Virus record (IMG/VR): IMGVR_UViG_3300017782_000001
Reading direction: 5' to 3' (one strand)
Source: a virus
Length of the DNA: 64,000 nucleotides
Below the pieces are notes generated by a model. The model searched no databases. It had not been told where the DNA came from and was given only the letters and a program-made list of their open reading frames with translations. This document shows positions 1 through 9,056 of this stretch, one piece after another. Each line of letters starts with the position of its first letter. The first letter of the stretch is position 1. The position numbers and the translations under genes are program-made.

Positions 1-24
1 AAAATTGCCATTTGTTCTCTCCCT

Positions 25-1746
25 CTACGCTACGTTACCAGCAATTTCTTCAAAGTCAACACCGGTTCTTACTGCAACAAAGTTCAGAGTAACAAAGTTA
101 ATTGAACGTGCAGGTTTGATAAGGATATTGGCAATGAACTCGTTACGATCAATTACGGCCGCAGTGTTGTTTGTGTCATCACAAATGACTCTAAAGTCTG
201 TGATACCACGTCTACCTTTAATTTCTCTTAGGAAAGGTTCAACAATGCCTACAAATTCTGATCTCGTAAATTCATCGTTAAATTCAAACATAACGTTACG
301 AGCAGCAATTGCAATAGCTCTTTCAATGACAAGGAACAATCTACGAACGTTAATTCTGTCAAAGGCAGAAGGTCTGTTCATTTTTGTCTTATCACCGAAA
401 AGCAACAATCCTTGACCAGGAATATTTGCGATAGGGTTAACACTTTCTCTATACAAAGTATCTCTTTGAGATTTTGTAGGAGAACGGAATGCGTTAACAA
501 CCCCAAGGTATCTGCCTCTCCGCGGGCCCGCTGGTGAGAACCAAGGTGCTGCTACAAAATCTGTGGCAGCCATTAGGCCTGCAGTGGATGATGCCGATGG
601 AATATCAATGTATTGATCATTGAATTTATCGTAAATTCTAAAATAGTTGTTATCTACAAATAGGTAGCTTGAGGTTGTGAAACCTTTAGCTGTAGTAACA
701 ATTTCAGTAATAAAGTTTTTGTTAGTAACAGCATTCTTATTAGGTGATGCTACTACAACACAATCTTTACGTGCTTCTGCAATTGAAACCAGATCGTTAA
801 CAACTGCAGTATGATCTGTTCTACCAGCAACGTCTGGAGCAATAATCATATCTACTTGAATATTATCTTTATCCTCAAATTCGTCGAAGCCTCTTAAGAT
901 TCTTCCAACTTTACCAGCTGTTGCTGATGCCGCACCATTTGCAAGGTTATATGTTTTAACCGCAGGAGCAGCAAGTGCAAAGCTCGTACCAGAATCGGCG
1001 TCATCGCCTGCGTTAGCAGTATCGAATGCCGAATCAAATGTTGACAAAAATACATAACCTGATCTTTGGTTCAATACATCTTTAATGTATATGCTAGAAC
1101 CATCAGGTGATTTTGCATTTTGTGCAAGTGATACGAAAGGAAATGTTTCTAGTACATTTCCGACTGTGCCAGTAAATTTGCCGAGTCTATCAATAATTGC
1201 TACATGAACCTCATCGTGAGTTGAGTTTCTCTTAGTAGCAAATTCTGATGTTGCAGGAGCAGCATCGAAGTTAGCTTTAAGAGTCCAGTTATCAAACGCA
1301 GAGTCATTTGATTGTCTTGGACAAATTTGGATTTGAATTCCGTTACCTAGATCGCCAGGATATTTTGCGATAAAATCAAAACCATCTGATTCTAATTTAC
1401 CTACTTGGCCATCAAAGTTTTCTATTGATTTAATTACAGGCGAGGCTGGACCACCAACACCACCGGTGAATGAATTAACACCGTTTGAGTCAATGATTCG
1501 CACAACTTGAAGTGAGTTACCATACTTTAAGAAGTATGCTGCACTGTGAAAGTCGACTGAATTATATGTTTCGGGTGCGCCAAATTCGCTTACAAGAGTT
1601 GCCTCATTGTCAATCTTGCGCGGAGTATGGACAGGACCCCAGCTAAAGTTCCCAACAATCGCACCAGTAGAACTAGATACTGAAGGAACTACACCCGACA
1701 GGTCAACTTCTCTGACTACAATTGAGGGAGATTCTGAAAAAGCCAT
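25..1746 (-). CDS. gp18: Tail sheath protein
   Basis: N-terminal SPSIVVREVDLS / GNFSWGP and C-terminal FDRINVRRLF...FEFNDEFTR...IKPARSINFVTLNFVAVRTGVDF are hallmark T4 gp18 motifs. Confidence 0.97.
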   Translation of the reverse strand: MAFSESPSIVVREVDLSGVVPSVSSSTGAIVGNFSWGPVHTPRKIDNEATLVSEFGAPETYNSVDFHSAAYFLKYGNSLQVVRIIDSNGVNSFTGGVGGPASPVIKSIENFDGQVGKLESDGFDFIAKYPGDLGNGIQIQICPRQSNDSAFDNWTLKANFDAAPATSEFATKRNSTHDEVHVAIIDRLGKFTGTVGNVLETFPFVSLAQNAKSPDGSSIYIKDVLNQRSGYVFLSTFDSAFDTANAGDDADSGTSFALAAPAVKTYNLANGAASATAGKVGRILRGFDEFEDKDNIQVDMIIAPDVAGRTDHTAVVNDLVSIAEARKDCVVVASPNKNAVTNKNFITEIVTTAKGFTTSSYLFVDNNYFRIYDKFNDQYIDIPSASSTAGLMAATDFVAAPWFSPAGPRRGRYLGVVNAFRSPTKSQRDTLYRESVNPIANIPGQGLLLFGDKTKMNRPSAFDRINVRRLFLVIERAIAIAARNVMFEFNDEFTRSEFVGIVEPFLREIKGRRGITDFRVICDDTNNTAAVIDRNEFIANILIKPARSINFVTLNFVAVRTGVDFEEIAGNVA

Positions 1747-1808
1747 TTGTTTCTTCCTCTCATTTGTTTTATAAGTCTACATAATACGATTTAGATTTCA
1801 CTTAATTC

Positions 1809-1816
1809 TATTTATA
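1809..1816 (-). promoter_or_regulatory. T4-type late promoter (TATAAATA) for gp18
   Basis: tatttata on + strand, about 60 bp upstream of the gp18 start, in the intergenic gap. Confidence 0.85.
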
Positions 1817-1819
1817 AAA

Positions 1820-3427
1820 TTAGAAATCTTGGTGGCTTTCATCAATAGACCACGTCTCGCCTCTAATTTCTTGTTCTGTTAGTTCTCTTACTTCGCCATT
1901 ATCAATAAAACCAAAAGGCACAATGTCTTCTTCAATTTCTTTCATTCTTTGTTTATAAATCATTTCTTTTAGATTAATATCAGTCATATCCATAAAGTAT
2001 GCAGTTGTTGCAAAATAAGCAAACAAAACTATATTCATCATTAAATCATCATGGTTACCATCTTCAGCTTCAAACGATATACCTTTTGCTACAAATGTAG
2101 AAATTTCTTTAATTGTTTCTTCGTCTACGATACTTAGTTTATTATTTTCAAGTAAATCTTTTGCAGCAGAACATCCTAGTCTTTTAACCTTACGGCCCAT
2201 TTCAATACCAAACGCATTTGATTTAACACTAGATTCCGTATGCATATTTTCATATTCTAAATCGTGATACAAACCTGTACAAACAACCATTCCTTGATCG
2301 TTATTTTCAATTACTACATAGGCGTTGTTGTAGGCGACTGCCCATTTATAAATAATATTGGGGAAGAGTAATGGAGAGATAGTGTTATTGCGATATACAG
2401 CAACCTGTGCAAACGGGCGAACGCTAATATCGATCAAATTGAATGTAGAATAGTCCTGACCTCTTCCCTTCGCAACATCTACAACCATAACATAATCGTG
2501 TTTTTCAATACACTTTTTGTATATTGTTACGTCGCCGTTTTCTTCTATACATAAAGGTCGACTAGCTCTTAGTGATAATAAAGTTTCAGAATTAATAAGA
2601 GTATTACCAGTACCAAAAAACGTATTCCCAAATTCTTGATCGAACTGTACTTGACTGGTATTTGCAATTGTTTGCTCTTTCCAAGTTTGATCACGCCCAG
2701 GAACATCCCACCAATCTACTCGAAACGAAGAAAACTCATTGGTCTCCTGTTGAGAACCTTCCCAAATCTTATGAAATTGATTTCCAAGACCATTTGCAGT
2801 AGAAGTAATAATCACCTTTGTGTTTTTACCTGATGAAATAACAGGATAAGTTGAAGTATAAAATTCAGAAGCGCGCTCAACAAATGCAAACTCATCAAGA
2901 TAAAGAAGATTAACTGAGAGACCACGAATAGAGCTACCAGTTGTTGCGCTAGCAATAATTCTAGAGTTATTAGAAAAATCTACATTTTGTTTGTTTAGTG
3001 CTTTACACCCAGGCTGTAAGAAAAAAGGAATATTTTCTAGCATTAAAGTTATACGCGATAGCATTTCTTTTGCTGTCGCACCTTTATTAGCTAATATAGC
3101 AATAGTTTGTTCAGGATTAAATAGTGCATACCAAAGCAAATAAGCACACACTGAAATAGATTTGCCTGATTGTCTACATGCAAGAACAATATTAAATCTA
3201 TGGTTATCAAAATGTGAAAACATTTTTTCTTGATACGCGTATGGGACAAAGTCAACCAAGCCTTCATCAAGAGAAATAACTTTTACATATGTTGAAACAA
3301 AATATACGGGATCTTTACTACACTTAACGTATTCTGCAACTTCTTCTTTAGCAAAATTGTGCTCAACGCCATCCCTTTTAACGTTGGGATTACCTAGGTA
3401 GTTTTCCGGACTTAGCGCCTGCGTCAT
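1820..3427 (-). CDS. gp17: Terminase large subunit
   Basis: YLGNPNVKR, Walker A (CRQSGKS), Walker B (LLYLDEFAF), ITSTANG, nuclease VDVAKGRGQDYS and HDDLMM; no intein seen. Confidence 0.97.
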   Translation of the reverse strand: MTQALSPENYLGNPNVKRDGVEHNFAKEEVAEYVKCSKDPVYFVSTYVKVISLDEGLVDFVPYAYQEKMFSHFDNHRFNIVLACRQSGKSISVCAYLLWYALFNPEQTIAILANKGATAKEMLSRITLMLENIPFFLQPGCKALNKQNVDFSNNSRIIASATTGSSIRGLSVNLLYLDEFAFVERASEFYTSTYPVISSGKNTKVIITSTANGLGNQFHKIWEGSQQETNEFSSFRVDWWDVPGRDQTWKEQTIANTSQVQFDQEFGNTFFGTGNTLINSETLLSLRASRPLCIEENGDVTIYKKCIEKHDYVMVVDVAKGRGQDYSTFNLIDISVRPFAQVAVYRNNTISPLLFPNIIYKWAVAYNNAYVVIENNDQGMVVCTGLYHDLEYENMHTESSVKSNAFGIEMGRKVKRLGCSAAKDLLENNKLSIVDEETIKEISTFVAKGISFEAEDGNHDDLMMNIVLFAYFATTAYFMDMTDINLKEMIYKQRMKEIEEDIVPFGFIDNGEVRELTEQEIRGETWSIDESHQDF

Positions 3428-3758
3428 GTTCTATCACTTCACCTTTATCTGCATCTTTTAACATTTTCTGTAACTCTGAAGTAGATCCTATAAAGAAATT
3501 GTTTTGTTGGTTTTCAACCTTTTTCTTTTCAGTCTGAGTAAGTTCTTTCATTTTTTTGTTTAGGTCCATCAACTTATCATTAGTATCTGAAACCTGTTTA
3601 AGCATTCCTGCAAGAACTTCAATTGCTCTAGGATGTTCAGTTTCTTCAGCAATTCTTTGAGCTAATTGTAAGCTTTCTTTTCCTTGTTCAATAAGCTCGT
3701 AATATGTATTTCTTGAATAATCATAATCGCCTTTTACATCGTCATTTGAATCTGTCAT
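3390..3758 (-). CDS. gp16: Terminase small subunit
   Basis: DYDYSR...HPRAIEVL...FFIGSTSELQKML; position between gp15 and gp17. Confidence 0.93.
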   Translation of the reverse strand: MTDSNDDVKGDYDYSRNTYYELIEQGKESLQLAQRIAEETEHPRAIEVLAGMLKQVSDTNDKLMDLNKKMKELTQTEKKKVENQQNNFFIGSTSELQKMLKDADKGEVIEHDAGAKSGKLPR

Positions 3759-4555
3759 TAAATCACCCCGGCATCACTATCTGCCGCTAATATAAATGTT
3801 TCTGTAAATCCAAAATCGCTATCAGGAGAAACGCTTAGCGGGTTTGGAACTAAATTAATTCTTTCTAGCGGAACATCAGAATCACCTGTTAATCCGCTAT
3901 TCATAATAAGTGTGTTAGCATTAACCTCACGAATGATAGAGCCTTCATCAATCTTACCATGAAAGTAAATGTGCATATCAAAGGTTAGTGTATATTGTAT
4001 TGTACGTCTTGTTCCTTGCTCACCTTCATAGTCGTCATTAAAGTTTACACCAGTTAATATAATAGGAACGTCTTCTGTTATATTATCAAATTCATTAAAT
4101 GGTTTAATTGTGAGAGTATATTGAGGAGCAAAATAAGGAATAATCTGTTCTACAATTTGCAATGCATCGTCTTGATTTTTTGCGTATATTGTTAAAGCAA
4201 AATTCATAATATACGGCACACCGCTTCTAAATTTATTTCTTACATTATTAGTACTGCCTGATCTATTTTGATCATTAAGCTTTGGTAGTTGTCTCATCGT
4301 GTCATAAGAAATTCCTTCTATTTCAAAAGAAAGTCTTGGTAGTTTAATAGCAACTTTATCGTTATTAACTAAATCTGCAACTTCTCTTATTCTTTCAAGA
4401 AACTTCGCGCGCGGCCCGTACGAAAGCGGAACTTTCATTTGTGTTGCGCCTTGAGTTGAACTACTTTTTCTGAGTATATAAATGTCGTTAAACATTTTAC
4501 CAAATGTAGAAACTGCTTTTTTTATTCTTTCGTGATAAAAATAATTTCCAAACAT
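3758..4555 (-). CDS. gp15: Tail sheath stabiliser / tail terminator
   Basis: YFYHERIKK, VPLSYGPRAKFL, LPRLSFE, QIVEQIIPYFAP. Confidence 0.95.
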   Translation of the reverse strand: MFGNYFYHERIKKAVSTFGKMFNDIYILRKSSSTQGATQMKVPLSYGPRAKFLERIREVADLVNNDKVAIKLPRLSFEIEGISYDTMRQLPKLNDQNRSGSTNNVRNKFRSGVPYIMNFALTIYAKNQDDALQIVEQIIPYFAPQYTLTIKPFNEFDNITEDVPIILTGVNFNDDYEGEQGTRRTIQYTLTFDMHIYFHGKIDEGSIIREVNANTLIMNSGLTGDSDVPLERINLVPNPLSVSPDSDFGFTETFILAADSDAGVI

Positions 4556-4821
4556 TATAAACCCTTATAGATTTCTTGTAATTTATCTTCGAACTGTTCA
4601 ACCTTAGCTAATCTATTTGGCCAAAGAATATAATCTTTTTCTGGATTCGCTTTGAGATTATTTAACAATGGTGTAATAGCGTTATATAATCTATCAAGTT
4701 TGTCTTGAGAAGTTCTAGCTTCAACTGCAGTATCACCTACAGCTTTTTGTGCATCTTGTACCGCAGTCAGTTCATCTTCATTAACTGCAGTAAAACCGAA
4801 ATCAAACATATCATCATTCAT
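4555..4821 (-). CDS. Conserved hypothetical protein of marine T4-like phages
   Basis: FDFGFTAVNEDEL...PLLNNLKANPEKDYILWPNR; coupled to gp14 and gp15 by overlapping stop/start codons. Confidence 0.8.
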   Translation of the reverse strand: MNDDMFDFGFTAVNEDELTAVQDAQKAVGDTAVEARTSQDKLDRLYNAITPLLNNLKANPEKDYILWPNRLAKVEQFEDKLQEIYKGL

Positions 4822-5939
4822 TATTCAGGATCTCCAAACGGGTTATTTTCAGAAAAATCAATAATGTTTGAAGTAAAGTCATCAAAATCTAAATTATCTT
4901 CTGTATCTGATTGATTCATTAATTCAGAAACTGATTTTACACTTGATACCGCAAATGATGTTCCACCAGTTACGTCAATATCTTTAACAAACGTATGGAA
5001 CTTACCGTCATTAGCTCCAACGTGTGTAACATAGAGCGCAGCGTCAGAATCAACTTGTTTGACAAGTTCTCCAGTAACTTTAACACCAGAAGCTAATGTT
5101 TGTTCAACAGTTTCTCCTCTTTCAAATTCTACTGATGCCGGAGCTTCTATAGAAATAGTAGGGGCAGTTGTATAGCCAGTTCCTCCTGAAGATAATGTTA
5201 AAGTTGTAACTTTACCGCCAGAAACCTGAGCTGTGCCTGTAGCAGTAGTTCCACTATCTGGAGATGAGAACGTAATATCTGGGAATGTTTCTTTATAACC
5301 ATCACCGCCGTTTACTAATGAAATCGAGCTGACTACTCCATTTGAATCAATTAAAGATGAAGCAGTTGCAGTTTCAGGTTTTGTGTAAAAAATTACATAT
5401 TGATATGTGTTATCAACTTCAATATTATCGATATCAATAACACCTGTGTCAAGATCTTCGCCGCTATATTCGAATAAAGCTGCTCTACATTTGAATGTAG
5501 GTATGTTTGATATTTGATAAAAAGGTTGTTCATTTTCAACGTGATTAATTTCAAACAATGATTTAGAAAGAGGAAGATAAATCAAATCACCTTCTCTTGG
5601 TCTTTCACCAGTAATGTCATTATCATATTGTACTGCAGTGTGAATAAATCTTTTACGCGAAATAATGAACGTAGCTTCATCTCTAATTTCAACACCAAAC
5701 TTAGTGAACAAATCTCCTTCACCTTCAAAACCTTCAGTGTTTTCAATGTACATTTCTACTTTATACGCAGTGCCATACCTTGAAGCAGGATCTTCATTAA
5801 GAATCGTATCTTCATTGACAATTTCTCTTGGAATGTAATAAACATCCTGTCCATACATTTTAAGAGATTCAATTACGATATCTTCGTAAAGCCTCTGCTC
5901 AGAAGTTACCTTCTGACTAAAGTAGCGATTAGTAGCCAT
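4821..5939 (-). CDS. gp14: Neck protein gp14 with inserted Gly/Thr-rich repeat module
   Basis: ESLKMYGQDVYYIPRE, GDLFTKFGVEIRDE, RPREGDLIYLP, C-terminal DFSENNPFG. Confidence 0.95.
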   Translation of the reverse strand: MATNRYFSQKVTSEQRLYEDIVIESLKMYGQDVYYIPREIVNEDTILNEDPASRYGTAYKVEMYIENTEGFEGEGDLFTKFGVEIRDEATFIISRKRFIHTAVQYDNDITGERPREGDLIYLPLSKSLFEINHVENEQPFYQISNIPTFKCRAALFEYSGEDLDTGVIDIDNIEVDNTYQYVIFYTKPETATASSLIDSNGVVSSISLVNGGDGYKETFPDITFSSPDSGTTATGTAQVSGGKVTTLTLSSGGTGYTTAPTISIEAPASVEFERGETVEQTLASGVKVTGELVKQVDSDAALYVTHVGANDGKFHTFVKDIDVTGGTSFAVSSVKSVSELMNQSDTEDNLDFDDFTSNIIDFSENNPFGDPE

Positions 5940-5943
5940 TCAA

Positions 5944-6699
5944 TCATCCTATAAAGAAATCTGCTGGAAGCTCTTGCTCTAGCCTAATTCTTTCCATAAG
6001 TTTTTCTATTTCAGCTGTAGCATCTTCATAAAGCTGACGTCCATTTAACATAACACCACCGGGCAGCTGCATTCCTTCAAACTTAATAAGGTTAGCGCCC
6101 CACTGTTGTTTAATAAGTTGTGTAGTATATTCCTTTAGCCACATGTCGTTATATACACCTGTATGTGTATTAGGATCAACGATTTGATACACTTCTGCAA
6201 TAACGTATTCACCTGCTTTAATATCCTTATCTTCAAAATCTCCATGAATAAGCAATCTATTTTGAAGTCTTGAAAATGTTACCTGAGGTGTTCCGTTTAG
6301 CTTCATATCCAGCAAAGATAAATACTGTTGCATCTGCTCATAATAACCTAAGTCACCAGCAAAATTTTGCAAATCTGCTATATCATTAAGCATCATTTGA
6401 TACTTTAAGCCAAACATATTAGTTGACGAATTTAATGAAGAAGAAATAGGGAAAAGTTTAGATACATATATAATATTGTCTGAAATAGGAATATATTTGT
6501 TAGTGACATCTGTTGCAGTTACTTGGTGCTTCAAATAAGTTTTAAGTGTTGCGTCTGAATGAAACTCCTGATAAACTTGTAGGGCTTCATCAACGCGGTC
6601 TTCAAGTTGATCTGGATCAACATTAACCTCGATGACAGGATCGCCAAGCTTCCTCAGGCAATAGTCTATCAAACCTTGTCGTGTTGATGGGTTTGCCAT
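5944..6699 (-). CDS. gp13: Neck protein gp13
   Basis: YCLRKLGDPVIEVNV, WLKEY...KQQWGANLIKF.GMQLPGGV.LNG. Confidence 0.96.
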   Translation of the reverse strand: MANPSTRQGLIDYCLRKLGDPVIEVNVDPDQLEDRVDEALQVYQEFHSDATLKTYLKHQVTATDVTNKYIPISDNIIYVSKLFPISSSLNSSTNMFGLKYQMMLNDIADLQNFAGDLGYYEQMQQYLSLLDMKLNGTPQVTFSRLQNRLLIHGDFEDKDIKAGEYVIAEVYQIVDPNTHTGVYNDMWLKEYTTQLIKQQWGANLIKFEGMQLPGGVMLNGRQLYEDATAEIEKLMERIRLEQELPADFFIG

Positions 6700-6709
6700 G
6701 ATTTTTTCC

Positions 6710-6738
6710 TGTACAAAATACGTTATCTATGGTACTAT
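6710..6738 (+). promoter_or_regulatory. Sigma70-like promoter for heptose genes (TGTACA-N17-TACTAT), probably giving a leaderless transcript
   Basis: Same -35 (TGTACA) and 17-bp spacer as other promoters in the window; TGG extension; ATG 5 nt downstream with no SD. Confidence 0.55.
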
Positions 6739-6743
6739 TTATA
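6736..6743 (-). promoter_or_regulatory. Late promoter (TATAAATA) for the gp13-gp17 operon
   Basis: Exact motif 36 bp upstream of the gp13 start. Confidence 0.85.
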
Positions 6744-7154
6744 ATGAAAACAATATTCACCAACGGCTGCTTTGACATCTTACACGCTGGCCACGTAAAT
6801 TATCTTCAACAATCTAGAGCTTTAGGCGATAGGTTAATTGTCGGGCTAAATTCTGATAAAAGCCTGTACAATCTAAAGAATAGATGTTATAATATAGATA
6901 TAGATCGAAAACAAGTATTAGAAGCTTTATCTTGTGTAGATGAAGTTATTATTTTCGATGAAGAAACTCCTTGGAATTTAATTAAGGAAGTAAAGCCCGA
7001 TATCATTACTAAAGGTGGTGATTATAACCTAGATCAGGTAGTCGGCAAAGAATTAGCAGAAGTACGTATTATTCCAGCCTTACGCGATAGATCTACTTCT
7101 CGACTTATACGAAGGATTAAAGATGGCAACTCAGTTATCTGGCCAAGTGAATAA
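6744..7154 (+). CDS. hldC: Heptose-1-phosphate nucleotidyltransferase (HldC / RfaE domain II)
   Basis: TNGCFDILHAGH (HxGH motif), LIVGLNSD, PDIITKGGDY, C-terminal RSTS; start moved to ATG 6744. Confidence 0.9.
   Translation: MKTIFTNGCFDILHAGHVNYLQQSRALGDRLIVGLNSDKSLYNLKNRCYNIDIDRKQVLEALSCVDEVIIFDEETPWNLIKEVKPDIITKGGDYNLDQVVGKELAEVRIIPALRDRSTSRLIRRIKDGNSVIWPSE
6865..6893 (+). promoter_or_regulatory. Intragenic sigma70-like promoter (TGTACA-N17-TATAAT)
   Basis: Exact match to the phage promoter pattern seen at 15358 and 61643, with TG extension, inside the hldC CDS. Confidence 0.6.
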
Positions 7155-7494
7155 AGGGTGGGGAAGTGAACTCATTTTTGCCACTAATGATATGTACTGC
7201 GGTAAACTATTAAGGTTTAACCAGCAAAAAAGCTTTTCAATGCATTTACATAAAGAGAAGCATGAAACTTGGCATATACTTGAAGGGCAATTTAGGCTAG
7301 AAACAATCAATACTATTGATGCTTCTAGAAACATTGAGATTTTAGAAACCGGAGATACAAAAGTTATTCCGCCTATGTTACCACATAAACTAACATGCAT
7401 TTCTAACGTTGGTATTATTATTGAAGTCTCGACACCAGATTCAGTCGAGGATAACTATAGAGTTGAACCTGGAGATAGTCAAATTGAGAAGTAA
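7123..7494 (+). CDS. Cupin-domain protein (sugar isomerase-like)
   Basis: KGWGSELIF..NDMYCGK, SMHLHKEKHETW, IPP..PH, EVST: cupin metal-binding motifs. Confidence 0.85.
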   Translation: MATQLSGQVNKGWGSELIFATNDMYCGKLLRFNQQKSFSMHLHKEKHETWHILEGQFRLETINTIDASRNIEILETGDTKVIPPMLPHKLTCISNVGIIIEVSTPDSVEDNYRVEPGDSQIEK

Positions 7495-8389
7495 AAGAAT
7501 ATGGGGTATGGCAGGTCATGGTCATGATGCTAGCATTACTGTTTGGTATGACACAGACGTAATGGTTGAGCACTATACTTCTGAGCCTTATCATAAATAT
7601 GAAGATGTAGAGTCGTTAAAGAAAAAGTTTGGTGCACCTGATTTAGTTGTATGGTACGAAAATCCTTATCTAAAATCTATTAGACAATGGTGGGCTGGCC
7701 AAAAAAATCCTTTTCAAAGAAATAATGTTAGAAAAATTTTAGACGATTTAGGACTTGATCGTACTCGCTGGACATGGGTTGGCCACCACGAAGCTCACGC
7801 ATCTTGGGCACTTAAATCACCTTTTGATAAAGCCTTGGTTTTTGTAATTGATTCTATTGGCGAATGGGATTGTACTTCAGTATGGAAGTATGACGGCGAT
7901 CTTACAAAAAAAGCTTCAATTAGATATCCAGATAGCATAGGTTTATTTTATAGCTCAATGGTTAAAGAAGCAAAGCTTGTGCCACAAAAAGATGAAGCTC
8001 ATTTTGAATCACTAGCAGTAACACCAAGCCCGGCAATTAAAAATAAAATTAAAAGTGATCTTGTCCTTAGTGCTGGTTGGCAACCAAGATTCAGTAGAAA
8101 TATGCATAGAGGATTAGGTGGGATATATGAAAATTTTAGAGCAGAAGACTTAGCATCTGCAACTCAAGAAATATTTGAAGAACTTATAGTTAATATGATT
8201 GAGCATTGGGTCAAAAAAACTGGTATTAAAAATATCATTTTAACAGGAGGATGCGCATATAATAAAAAAATTAGAAGTAAAATACCGTATACGCTATGGG
8301 TTCCACCACGGCCACATGATGGAGGCTCAGCTTATAGTTGTGTGCTAGCTCATAACCGGACAGCACTTATAGATTCATTGAATACGTAG
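7484..8389 (+). CDS. Carbamoyltransferase N-terminal (Kae1-like) domain only, NodU/CmcH family
   Basis: HDAS, HHEAHA, VIDSIGEW, SIGLFYS, LTGGCAYN, PHDGGSA; ends before the YrdC-like C-domain; TTG start at 7484 follows GGAG. Confidence 0.85.
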   Translation: MRSKRIWGMAGHGHDASITVWYDTDVMVEHYTSEPYHKYEDVESLKKKFGAPDLVVWYENPYLKSIRQWWAGQKNPFQRNNVRKILDDLGLDRTRWTWVGHHEAHASWALKSPFDKALVFVIDSIGEWDCTSVWKYDGDLTKKASIRYPDSIGLFYSSMVKEAKLVPQKDEAHFESLAVTPSPAIKNKIKSDLVLSAGWQPRFSRNMHRGLGGIYENFRAEDLASATQEIFEELIVNMIEHWVKKTGIKNIILTGGCAYNKKIRSKIPYTLWVPPRPHDGGSAYSCVLAHNRTALIDSLNT

Positions 8390-9056
8390 GTTTAGTTTTT
8401 TGCCAAGCTTCTGTAATAGGCCAAAGACAATCATCAATATATTGTTCAACCACTTCTTTTTCAATACCTAATGATTCCATTACGCGTGGGGTATGTGGAT
8501 TTTGTCTTTGATTATAAACGTACCATGATTGGTTTGATGAGAAATCTTTAGAAGTTCTTTTTCCAATATGAGACAAGTGCATTTTTAGATTTTTAATTGC
8601 TAAGCTTAATATTTGATCAACTTCAGCGTCTGTATTTACATTACCTGCAGCAATCATATGTGGACTAAAAATATTTTTTGCCCAGTCTGGAAGTTCTCTT
8701 TTCTTTGATGGAATAAACTCCTTTACATTCTCTCCAAACTGTGTTATAATAGTACTATTATGGTCCATAGGAGAAAAGTCATGAAAAGCTCCAGTAACTT
8801 TCTTAGGACCTGATATAATATCGAACCCGTAAATAGGAGAAGGATCATTAAAATGCGGATAAACTACTAAGTGTAACATCCATAGTTTTCGTGTTTCTGT
8901 AACATCAATAATGTCTAAGTCAGCTCTTCTAAACTTTTCACATGGACCATACGATAAAGCAGGCCAAGGGAATTTATGAGTATGCTTTAGATCAGTGGTA
9001 TCTTCTAATATTTCTTGAAGATCATTGCTAGCTGATATTAACTTCTGAAACATCAT
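8367..9056 (-). CDS. pcyX: Ferredoxin-dependent bilin reductase, PcyX/PcyA type
   Basis: FRRAxxD, WMLH, PIYGFDIISG, GAFHDFSP, RELPDWA..IFS, NQRQNPHTPRVMESLG; directly downstream of a heme oxygenase. Confidence 0.85.
   Translation of the reverse strand: MMFQKLISASNDLQEILEDTTDLKHTHKFPWPALSYGPCEKFRRADLDIIDVTETRKLWMLHLVVYPHFNDPSPIYGFDIISGPKKVTGAFHDFSPMDHNSTIITQFGENVKEFIPSKKRELPDWAKNIFSPHMIAAGNVNTDAEVDQILSLAIKNLKMHLSHIGKRTSKDFSSNQSWYVYNQRQNPHTPRVMESLGIEKEVVEQYIDDCLWPITEAWQKTKPTYSMNL

Noticed and set aside
1820-3427. Intein, intron or homing endonuclease in terminase or other core genes
   Set aside because: gp17 has normal length with contiguous motifs; no HNH, GIY-YIG or LAGLIDADG ORF seen in the window
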